In this document: piece by piece, positions 1 through 6,739 of the stretch
How the letters are laid out: each line of letters begins with the position of its first letter
Position numbering within the stretch: position 1 is the first letter of the stretch
DNA from: a virus
Virus record (IMG/VR): IMGVR_UViG_3300024346_000039
Span: 1 to 64,000 of that record
Direction: 5' to 3' (one strand)
DNA length: 64,000 nt
Made by a program: the position numbers and the translations under genes
Notes under the pieces: model-generated
Told to the model about the DNA's origin: nothing
Database searches by the model: none
Seen by the model: only the letters and a program-made list of their open reading frames with translations

Positions 1-10
1 CATGAAAAGC

Positions 11-48
11 AAAAAAAAAAGAAACCCCCGATTTCTCGGGGGCTTCTT
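11..48 (-). terminator. Rho-independent terminator of early cassette 1
   Basis: Hairpin GAAACCCCCGA-TTTC-TCGGGGGCTTC preceded on + by A10 (U-tract on minus), just downstream of ORF 57..281. Confidence 0.85.
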
Positions 49-56
49 CACAACTT

Positions 57-281
57 TTAGAAGAAGAGTTCTTCTACTGCTGAAGAGGCTAGAAAGCGTA
101 ACTTTAGATTGAGGATACGGATTCCATATTCCTTTGCGAAGTTTTCTGCTTCTGCCTTTGTGTCTGCCTTGAATTGGTAAGCCTTGTTGCCTTCATAGAC
201 TGCCATAAAATGCTTCTTGCCGTTTGAGTTTGTGCCAGTCATTACTGCGATTAGTTCTGCGTCTGTTATTAGTTTAGACAT
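57..281 (-). CDS. Small early hypothetical protein (74 aa)
   Basis: ORF with AAAGGGAAG RBS, its own promoter and its own terminator. Confidence 0.8.
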   Translation of the reverse strand: MSKLITDAELIAVMTGTNSNGKKHFMAVYEGNKAYQFKADTKAEAENFAKEYGIRILNLKLRFLASSAVEELFF

Positions 282-333
282 TTGCTTCCCTTTGTTAGTT
301 GCCTTGCCCCCTGTGGCTTGGCTTCTTGGTCTA

Positions 334-362
334 AGTGTATCCGGTTAGATGGGTAGTTGCAA
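334..362 (-). promoter_or_regulatory. Housekeeping-sigma promoter P1 (TTGCAA-N17-TACACT)
   Basis: Minus strand reads cTTGCAA ctacccatctaaccgga TACACT; the same architecture recurs four times. Confidence 0.8.
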
Positions 363-394
363 GACCAAATGAAGAAATTGTTTAGATTTGCGGG

Positions 395-410
395 TGTGAG
401 TTACATCACA
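395..410. promoter_or_regulatory. CRP/GlxR-type binding site (TGTGA-gttaca-TCACA)
   Basis: Perfect TGTGA-N6-TCACA core, 32 nt upstream of the P1 -35 element. Confidence 0.75.
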
Positions 411-426
411 TTTTTCGGCGCTCGCA

Positions 427-506
427 AGTTTTTACTTTTTACGGGGTTTTTATTTTTCCAGCAAAAAGAAACCCCCTCTTTCGAGGGGGCTTCCTTTCCA
501 GACTTT
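427..506. repeat. ~80-bp inter-cassette direct repeat, copy 1 (includes terminator)
   Basis: AGTTTTTACTTTTTAC..TTTTATTTTTCC.GCAAAA.GAAA.CCCC..GGGGGCTT.CTTTCCAGACTT recurs at 1091..1168. Confidence 0.8.
461..494 (-). terminator. Rho-independent terminator of early cassette 2
   Basis: GAAACCCCCTC-TTTC-GAGGGGGCTTC hairpin (GAAA loop on minus) with adjacent U-tract on minus. Confidence 0.85.
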
Positions 507-879
507 AGAAGTGTGGGTCGAAGTATTCCATTCGCACACCGACTAGGAGAACACCAGAATTAGTTGCGCCTTCACGCATATAGCGTCCGTCTTTGCGGAG
601 TGTGTAGCGTTCTTGCTTTGCATTTGGGTTTGTAGTGAATTCGTAATCTTGGCTCTCTGAATAGTAACCATTTGAATCCACACGCTTTGCGATATCGCGG
701 GTAGCAATTACTGCCTTTACTTGTCCAGCCTTCTTTCCTGTTTTGTAGGTTTCAATTCCTACAACTGTGTATGCAAGTCGGTCAGACCAGCCAATCTGTG
801 TTGCGCCCATACCGATTTCAATTTCGGTAAGGGACTTGCTGTTGCCAGCAAGTAGATTATGAAATGAGCCGTAAGACAT
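505..879 (-). CDS. Early hypothetical phage protein (~124 aa; start moved to MSYGSF)
   Basis: ORF 505..924; the RBS AAAGGGGAG and promoter P2 position favour the ATG at 879 (or 888). Confidence 0.8.
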   Translation of the reverse strand: MSYGSFHNLLAGNSKSLTEIEIGMGATQIGWSDRLAYTVVGIETYKTGKKAGQVKAVIATRDIAKRVDSNGYYSESQDYEFTTNPNAKQERYTLRKDGRYMREGATNSGVLLVGVRMEYFDPHF

Positions 880-931
880 TTCTATCATCTCCCCTTTGTA
901 TCCATCGCCCCTTGCGATTTCCACTACCTAA

Positions 932-960
932 ATAATAAGGGTTGGCTACGGATAACGCAA
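932..960 (-). promoter_or_regulatory. Promoter P2 (TTGCGT-N17-TATTAT)
   Basis: Minus strand cTTGCGT tatccgtagccaaccct TATTAT. Confidence 0.75.
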
Positions 961-991
961 GTCCATTTGGCAAAAAAGGTTGGAAATGTCG

Positions 992-1007
992 TGTGATTTG
1001 CACCACA
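992..1007. promoter_or_regulatory. CRP/GlxR-type site (TGTGA-tttgca-CCACA)
   Basis: One mismatch to the core consensus; 31 nt upstream of the P2 -35 element. Confidence 0.65.
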
Positions 1008-1044
1008 CATTTGCACCCCTGCGGAAGTTGTTGAGAAGTGAAAG

Positions 1045-1077
1045 TTATCCACAGGTTTATCCACAGGGTGTGGATAA
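1045..1077. promoter_or_regulatory. Three perfect DnaA boxes
   Basis: TTATCCACA at 1045-1053 and 1057-1065, and TGTGGATAA at 1069-1077, each separated by 3 nt. Confidence 0.85.
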
Positions 1078-1090
1078 CTTTTCTTCTGGG

Positions 1091-1168
1091 AGTTTTTACT
1101 TTTTACCCTTCTTTTATTTTTCCTGCAAAAGAAAACCCCCCTTGCGGGGGGCTTTCCTTTCCAGACTT
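1091..1168. repeat. Inter-cassette direct repeat, copy 2 (includes terminator of cassette 3 at ~1125-1156)
   Basis: Near-identical to 427..506; hairpin CCCCCC-TTGC-GGGGGG (GCAA loop on minus). Confidence 0.8.
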
Positions 1169-1388
1169 ATTCTTCCCCGATTTGCTTCAGGAAGTCATTG
1201 ACAATATCTAGAGCCTTTTCACGACCCTTTAGACCCTTACCTGTGTCAATTCCTGTTAGACGCTTGAACGCCTTTAGGCTTGACTCTGCGGTAAGTTGCA
1301 TACGCAACTCTGTGCGGATTTCAAGTTCTAGACCCTGCTTCAATACGAAGAGTTGCATTGGGCTGACTTGGATTTCAACTGCGGACAT
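1167..1388 (-). CDS. Small early hypothetical protein (73 aa)
   Basis: ORF with AAAGGGGGAA RBS, flanked by promoter P3 and a terminator. Confidence 0.8.
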   Translation of the reverse strand: MSAVEIQVSPMQLFVLKQGLELEIRTELRMQLTAESSLKAFKRLTGIDTGKGLKGREKALDIVNDFLKQIGEE

Positions 1389-1415
1389 TTGGTTCCCCCT
1401 TTCTTTGTTAGCCTA

Positions 1416-1444
1416 AGCATATAATCTTTTTACGGATAGTGCAA
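1416..1444 (-). promoter_or_regulatory. Promoter P3 (TTGCAC-N17-TATGCT)
   Basis: Same architecture as P1 and P2. Confidence 0.75.
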
Positions 1445-1474
1445 GTTCATTGACGATTTTTCTTTCCTATTTCG

Positions 1475-1490
1475 TGTGAGTTGCACCACA
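1475..1490. promoter_or_regulatory. CRP/GlxR-type site (TGTGA-gttgca-CCACA)
   Basis: One mismatch to the core; 30 nt upstream of the P3 -35 element. Confidence 0.65.
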
Positions 1491-1492
1491 TA

Positions 1493-1524
1493 GAAAAACC
1501 CCCCACATTTCTGCGGGGGGCTTC
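1493..1524 (-). terminator. Rho-independent terminator of early cassette 4
   Basis: AAAAACCCCCCAC-ATTTCT-GCGGGGGGCTTC hairpin downstream of ORF 1536..1790. Confidence 0.75.
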
Positions 1525-1535
1525 TCTTTAGTTCT

Positions 1536-1790
1536 TTAGGCTGATGTAGTCGCTAGGACTACGACCTCTTCTTCTTTGACCTCTGCGGGTGTTGGGTGAT
1601 TGAGGACGAGGTAAAGGATTTCCTCTGCACTCATTTCACGATGAGGTTCTCCGCGAGTTTCTTCTTGGATTTCTACCTTCTCGATAGGTGCGGTAGCACC
1701 TAGTAGAAGTTCTCTTACCTGCTCTTTTGTGTCAATGATGTAGCGGTAAGTAGTTCCCTTGATAGTAACTGCGGTTCCATATGCTGACAT
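1536..1790 (-). CDS. Small acidic early hypothetical protein (84 aa)
   Basis: ORF with AAAGGGGAAAG RBS and promoter P4. Confidence 0.8.
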   Translation of the reverse strand: MSAYGTAVTIKGTTYRYIIDTKEQVRELLLGATAPIEKVEIQEETRGEPHREMSAEEILYLVLNHPTPAEVKEEEVVVLATTSA

Positions 1791-1840
1791 TTTCTTTCCC
1801 CTTTTTTCTTTTTATTAAAGCCCTTTGCTTTAATGAGATA

Positions 1841-1869
1841 AAGGTATCTAACTCTTTGCGGTAATGCAA
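1841..1869 (-). promoter_or_regulatory. Promoter P4 (TTGCAT-N17-TACCTT)
   Basis: Same cTTGC -35 element and 17-nt spacer as P1-P3. Confidence 0.65.
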
Positions 1870-1942
1870 GTCCAAAAGGGTGTATGACTGGTCATACTTT
1901 TAAGCCTAGCCCCACTTAAGTTACTGACAAGTAGCGAAGTTA

Positions 1943-2170
1943 TTAGATACCCCCACCCCCTTTCATTTCTAGACCTATACCCCCCTTTGCTAGTCCTAGA
2001 CAAGTCAAGACCTATTACATATATCTAGACCCCCCACCCCCCTGCTAGAAATAAATATCTAACTACCTTGCTTTAGATTCTTCACTAGACATCTTGGCAA
2101 GCCTTCACTTTGAGAAGTTGTTTATAGTTGCTAGACCTAAGCAAGCCTATTAGACGCAAGCCTAGACAAG
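1943..2170 (+). repeat. Non-coding block with co-oriented CTAGAC hexamers and C-tracts
   Basis: CTAGAC at 1969, 1996, 2025, 2085, 2131 and 2162, plus variants; CCCCCACCCCC occurs twice. Confidence 0.6.
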
Positions 2171-2200
2171 TAAGCCTTGCCTTGAGCCATAGTTCATAAG

Positions 2201-2227
2201 AAAGTTGAGTCGCATTGACTCAAGTTT
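2201..2227. promoter_or_regulatory. HspR operator (HAIR)
   Basis: AAAGTTGAGT-cgcattg-ACTCAAGTTT matches CTTGAGT-N7-ACTCAAG with one mismatch and has the AAA/TTT flanks. Confidence 0.75.
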
Positions 2228-2254
2228 GTTGATACACATTACTTATATTAAAAA

Positions 2255-2349
2255 ATAACTTTTTGTTATATACATAAAATAAAATATATATGCCCTTGCC
2301 TTTTTATAACAAAAAGTTATAAGACAAGTTTTTGATAACAAAATGTTAT
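2255..2349. promoter_or_regulatory. Three copies of palindrome ATAAC-W5-GTTAT in an AT-rich tract
   Basis: Copies at 2255-2269, 2306-2320 and 2335-2349. Confidence 0.6.
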
Positions 2350-2507
2350 TTTTCCGGAAACGATTTTGAAAAACCTCGAATATAAGCGCTTCCTTCTCAC
2401 AGGCCAAAAGCATTTAATGGAAAGGTTCATACTTTCGATGCTTTCGTCCAAGAATCTTGGCCTCAGTAGTGTCTGTACGGCTTTGAAAAATGCTGTACAA
2501 TAGAGCA

Positions 2508-3008
2508 ATGAAACAGAAGGTAAAACTCCCCGACGATGAGGTTAGGTTTATCTCTGCTCTTGACCCCGTTTTAGTTCCCTCCCGCCTTCGTGCACTGTGG
2601 GAAGCAGGTTGGTCTTTAGGAATTATTGCTTCTTCAATCAAACCAGCCAAGCCAAAATCAACTGTGCATTTCTGGGTAAAGAACGCTCCCTCTACAGAGC
2701 AGCGTCGCCAGATACCAATGCCACCACCAAAATCTCTTACAGTCTCTGCACCCCTCCTAGGAACCCCCAGAACTCGTTCTATCTCCCCTACGGTTCCTCC
2801 CGAACTGAGGCCACGCTTACAGGAACTCTCAGCGCTAGCAAAACGCTATCGCGCCAAGACTTCTGACGATAGCCCACTAGCCCAAGCAAATAGGGAACTA
2901 ACAGAACTATCGCTCACGCTCTATCACAGAGGGGTTCCTGCTGCTGATATTGCAGAAGCGGCTGGAGTTACCTATCGTGCAATGGCTCGGCGGTTGAGTA
3001 ATGGCTAG
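2508..3008 (+). CDS. Helix-turn-helix DNA-binding protein (probably leaderless start)
   Basis: Two HTH-like segments (GWSLGIIASS..KSTVHFW; GVPAADIAEAAGVTYRAMARRL); TACAAT lies 6 nt before the ATG at 2508. Confidence 0.7.
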   Translation: MKQKVKLPDDEVRFISALDPVLVPSRLRALWEAGWSLGIIASSIKPAKPKSTVHFWVKNAPSTEQRRQIPMPPPKSLTVSAPLLGTPRTRSISPTVPPELRPRLQELSALAKRYRAKTSDDSPLAQANRELTELSLTLYHRGVPAADIAEAAGVTYRAMARRLSNG

Positions 3009-3348
3009 GCTATACAAAACAGCATCTGGAACCTACTCCGAGTCTGAACTAGTTGTTGCCGTCTGGGTCAATCCAAATCGCAAAAAGGGACGCTCTCAGG
3101 CAAGACTTCTTGAAACACTTACAACAGATAATTCCAGTATCCCTATTGCATTTCCTTTAGAAACACTTCAGAGAATTCAATCGTGGATGTTCTGCCCTGT
3201 GGCTCACGACCCATCAGATTTAGACCTGTGGCTAGTTCTAGAGAATGGAGCAACTAGGGAGAAACCTTTGCTAGTCCCGCTGACAATTGCTAAAAAGGCT
3301 CTAGGCTGGCAAGATTTCCATATCCCTTCAGAATATACGGAGAAATAA
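3001..3348 (+). CDS. Hypothetical protein
   Basis: Overlap-coupled ORF in the operon. Confidence 0.7.
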   Translation: MARLYKTASGTYSESELVVAVWVNPNRKKGRSQARLLETLTTDNSSIPIAFPLETLQRIQSWMFCPVAHDPSDLDLWLVLENGATREKPLLVPLTIAKKALGWQDFHIPSEYTEK

Positions 3349-3716
3349 TGAAAGTTCAGGCAGACGTCTTTCCAGCAGTGATTGCTCTTGCCGAACCTGG
3401 CTCCCTCGAAGACTATATGGAGTTGACCCCAAAAGGTGCTGCTCCTGAAGGAACTCGGCGTCTAGACCGTTGCCGCGTTGTGGTTTTCAACGATATGTTA
3501 ATGGTTGCTATTGACTCTCCAGAAGGAGCAAAACTTGTTTTCCGTGAAGCGTGTCATTCCTATATTAAGGATGACAAGAAAATTCACAGGGTAATTACCG
3601 AGAGTGGAAAGATTGTTTCTTTCCGCAAAGACGACAACTGCGGCTGTGGCTCTAGACTCAGGACATGGAACCCTTATGGACACATACTGATGGCTACGGA
3701 CGGCGAAAATGACTGA
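3348..3716 (+). CDS. Hypothetical protein (CGCG motif)
   Basis: TAATG-coupled ORF with GGAG RBS. Confidence 0.75.
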   Translation: MKVQADVFPAVIALAEPGSLEDYMELTPKGAAPEGTRRLDRCRVVVFNDMLMVAIDSPEGAKLVFREACHSYIKDDKKIHRVITESGKIVSFRKDDNCGCGSRLRTWNPYGHILMATDGEND

Positions 3717-3999
3717 ACCACTTACCTTTGTAATAGCAGCGCTAGCCGTATATAGAGTCTCCAGATTTATTACTACAGATACGCTTTTTAACCCAATCCG
3801 AGATAGAATATGGAAGAGGTTTCCACCAGAGACTTCAAAGTTCGGATACTGGTTTACTTGCACTTGGTGTACGTCCATTTGGGTCGCATCACTATCTGAA
3901 ATATCCCGTATCATTAATCCCAGCATCACATTGGGCATCCAAACAGTGTTCGCACTGTCTGCCCTTGCGGGGCTGTTAACTGCATACGAGGAAAAGTAA
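3709..3999 (+). CDS. DUF1360-like membrane protein
   Basis: Hydrophobic helices, YRVSRFITTD and CTWCTSIW motifs; lies just upstream of the portal. Confidence 0.7.
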   Translation: MTEPLTFVIAALAVYRVSRFITTDTLFNPIRDRIWKRFPPETSKFGYWFTCTWCTSIWVASLSEISRIINPSITLGIQTVFALSALAGLLTAYEEK

Positions 4000-4037
4000 T
4001 GTCCTTAGTATTCCGTAACAAAGACGAGGAGTTTTAA

Positions 4038-5792
4038 GTGGGCGTTTTTAAGCGCGATGAACAAGGCGAATCTGCCGAGGTTGTTCCTACTCCCGTCACC
4101 CCTAAAGCAAAGCCACAGAAGCGTACTAATAAATCAAAACAAACAGGTCGCTCTCGTCAAGTAGTTTTAAATCAAACACCAAAAGTAACTGGTGCAGCAT
4201 CAGTATTTTTATCTCAGCCAAACTCAGCACAGGCTGCTAACTATTCAACACCACGCACACTTACTGCCGCAGCAGCCCAAGTAAAGATTAATGACAAGGG
4301 CGAGTTCGAACAGTTTAAGCATCGTCGCACTGCTGCATCGTCAGCATGGCAAGCAGAGGCTTGGGAATATTACGACGCAATCGGTGAAATCAAATATGCA
4401 TTCAATTTAGTTGCATCTGTTGTATCTCGTATTCGTATCTACTCAGCAGTGATTGAGAATGCACACGAAACTCCAGTAGCAGTGAAATCATCTACACAGA
4501 TTGACCCACGCCTTGGTGCAGCAGCAGAGCGTGCGCTTGCACGACTTGACTCTGCATACGGCGGACAGGCTGGTCTTCTAAAAGATGCAGCACTTAATCT
4601 TTCAGTTGCTGGCGAATGTTATTTAGTTCAAATGCCAGAGCGCCCAGGTTCAGGATTGCCTGAGTCTTGGGACATTCGTTCCGTTGATGAAGTTATGGCA
4701 GATGCTCGTGGTGGGTTTAACATCATTGGTCGCCGTGAGCAATCATCTGGCGGACAAAATCAGAACAACGCAACAAATCGTCTTTCAAAGAATGCATTCG
4801 TAGGACGCATCTGGCGTTCACATCCACGCTACTCAGATGAAGCAGATTCATCACTTCGTGGTTTGCTTGATATGTGCGCTGAACTTCTTTTGCTTAACCG
4901 CACCTTCCGTGCAACAGCACGCTCTCGCCTAAACGCTGGAGCACTTTATCTTCCAGATGGTCTTTCAGTTGCTGCACAAGGCGACCCAGACCAGCCATAC
5001 GATTCAGATAACGAGTTGAATCCAAACTTTACTGCCGAGGAGGCAGAGGACGAGTTTGAAGAGCAGTTGATTGATGCGATGACAACTCCAATTCGTGATG
5101 AGGAGTCAGCATCAGCAGTTGTTCCACTTATTATTCGTGGTCCAGCAGAACTTGGCGACAAGATTAAGCAGTTTAAGTTCGAGCGTTCATTTGACCCATC
5201 ACTTGCAGAGCGTTCAGACCGCGTTCTAGAGCGCATCTTGCAGGGACTTGATGTTCCAAAGGATGTTGTAACAGGACTTGCAAATGTTAAGTATTCAAAC
5301 GCACTTCAGATTGATGAAGCGCTGTATAAGGCACACATTGAGCCAATGATGTTGCTTATCTGCGATGCTCTTACAGTTGTCTATCTTCGCCCATACCTCA
5401 TTGCACAGGGCTACAGCATCACCGATGTTGAGAAGATTGTTATTTGGTATGACCCATCAGCAGTTGCAACACGCAATGACCGTGCAGCAGATGCAGACTC
5501 AGGTCTTGACCGTGGTGCAATCTCATTAGATACATGGCGTCGTGCCCACGGCTTCTCGTCAGCAGATGCACCTACTTCAAATGAAATGGCGCTTCGTCTT
5601 TTGTCTGAGCGTGGAGCAATTACACCTGAACTTACTGAGGCAATGCTTCAAGCACTTGCTCCAGAGATTATGGATGCTGTTAAGCAAGCACAACAGGCTT
5701 CATCTGTCGCTCCTATTCCAGCAGATGTCCAACAAATTCTTGACCAAGCAACTAGCGGAGAAGCACCAGTTACAGAAGGGCAGGAGCAATAA
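4038..5792 (+). CDS. Portal protein
   Basis: 584 aa; WQAEAWEYYDAIGEIKY..SRIR motif of actinophage cluster-B-like portals; first gene of the head module. Confidence 0.8.
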   Translation: MGVFKRDEQGESAEVVPTPVTPKAKPQKRTNKSKQTGRSRQVVLNQTPKVTGAASVFLSQPNSAQAANYSTPRTLTAAAAQVKINDKGEFEQFKHRRTAASSAWQAEAWEYYDAIGEIKYAFNLVASVVSRIRIYSAVIENAHETPVAVKSSTQIDPRLGAAAERALARLDSAYGGQAGLLKDAALNLSVAGECYLVQMPERPGSGLPESWDIRSVDEVMADARGGFNIIGRREQSSGGQNQNNATNRLSKNAFVGRIWRSHPRYSDEADSSLRGLLDMCAELLLLNRTFRATARSRLNAGALYLPDGLSVAAQGDPDQPYDSDNELNPNFTAEEAEDEFEEQLIDAMTTPIRDEESASAVVPLIIRGPAELGDKIKQFKFERSFDPSLAERSDRVLERILQGLDVPKDVVTGLANVKYSNALQIDEALYKAHIEPMMLLICDALTVVYLRPYLIAQGYSITDVEKIVIWYDPSAVATRNDRAADADSGLDRGAISLDTWRRAHGFSSADAPTSNEMALRLLSERGAITPELTEAMLQALAPEIMDAVKQAQQASSVAPIPADVQQILDQATSGEAPVTEGQEQ

Positions 5793-6739
5793 TGTCTATC
5801 TCTAAGACACCTGCACCAAAGAAAGACCAGATTAAAGGCTCAGATAAAAACAAAAAGGGCTCTGCATCTGGTTCTAAGAAAGTTGTTTTTAGTAAGGCAA
5901 CAGAAAATTCTTTGGCTGAAAAAGTAAAGACACACAATGCAAAAGCACCAGAAGGTCGCAAAGCAACACTTGGAATGCTTAAGGCTGTGTACCGTCGTGG
6001 GGCTGGAGCATTTTCTGTATCACACCGCCCAGGTATGAACCGCAACCAGTGGGCTATGGGTCGTGTCAATGCTTTCCTTAAATTATTAAAGTCTGGCAAG
6101 CCATCAAACTCTGCATACAAAACAGATAATGATTTGCTTCCGTCAGCACATCCACGCTCTACAAAGAAGTCAGCATCTATTACCGCTTCTGGATTAGTTC
6201 CAGAAGAGCGCGACTTAGCAGAAGCGCTTATTGCAATTACTCAGAAGCACGGTCCGTTTGACCAAGATGGCACAGGAGTTTGGGCGGGATACACACCTGC
6301 TGAAGAAAATGAAGTTAGAGACATTGGTGTCAAGTGCAGCAATTGCGTCTTTTTTCAAGGACCAAACAAGTGTCAGATTATCTCCCTTGAGGTCGAAGCA
6401 GATGGTAAGTGCCGCTTTGCTGTAATTCCAGAGGGTGTCGTCTCAGTAAAGCCAGACTACAAAGAACTTGAAGATGAAATTGAAGACTACTTTATGGACC
6501 AAGAACTTAGTGTAGAAATTAAAAATAGAGAAGATTATGAGTCCGCAGAAGACGCTATCCTTGCTATGACAGAATATTCTGGTTATGGATATGAAGCAGA
6601 GTCTGCTATTCGTGCATCTTGGCTTCGTGCAGTGCGTAATGGAGATGACCCATTCCTACGAGCAGGAATGCTTGCAGTGATGGGACAAGACAGTCTTGAT
6701 GGAAACTTACTTCCTATCCTTGAGGAGGACGGCAAATAA
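5792..6739 (+). CDS. Head-associated protein: DUF5824-like domain plus a CxxC..C..C (HiPIP-like) domain
   Basis: AVYRRGAGAF..HRPG..QWAMGRVNAFL..DLLPSAHPRS; CSNCVFF..C..C. Confidence 0.6.
   Translation: MSISKTPAPKKDQIKGSDKNKKGSASGSKKVVFSKATENSLAEKVKTHNAKAPEGRKATLGMLKAVYRRGAGAFSVSHRPGMNRNQWAMGRVNAFLKLLKSGKPSNSAYKTDNDLLPSAHPRSTKKSASITASGLVPEERDLAEALIAITQKHGPFDQDGTGVWAGYTPAEENEVRDIGVKCSNCVFFQGPNKCQIISLEVEADGKCRFAVIPEGVVSVKPDYKELEDEIEDYFMDQELSVEIKNREDYESAEDAILAMTEYSGYGYEAESAIRASWLRAVRNGDDPFLRAGMLAVMGQDSLDGNLLPILEEDGK

Noticed and set aside
1045-1077. Host chromosomal oriC (prophage edge or chimera)
   Set aside because: Both sides are the same phage cassette architecture, with no dnaA/dnaN/rpmH; kept as a phage feature, though read-level checking is advised
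2010-2185. NrdR boxes and further IdeR boxes in the repeat block
   Set aside because: Only partial matches, explainable by the CTAG/AAGCC repeats
357-2866. ORFs 357..563, 980..1201, 1198..1416, 2317..2508, 2414..2650 and 2597..2866
   Set aside because: They overlap regulatory repeats or better-supported genes, lack RBSs and give low-complexity translations
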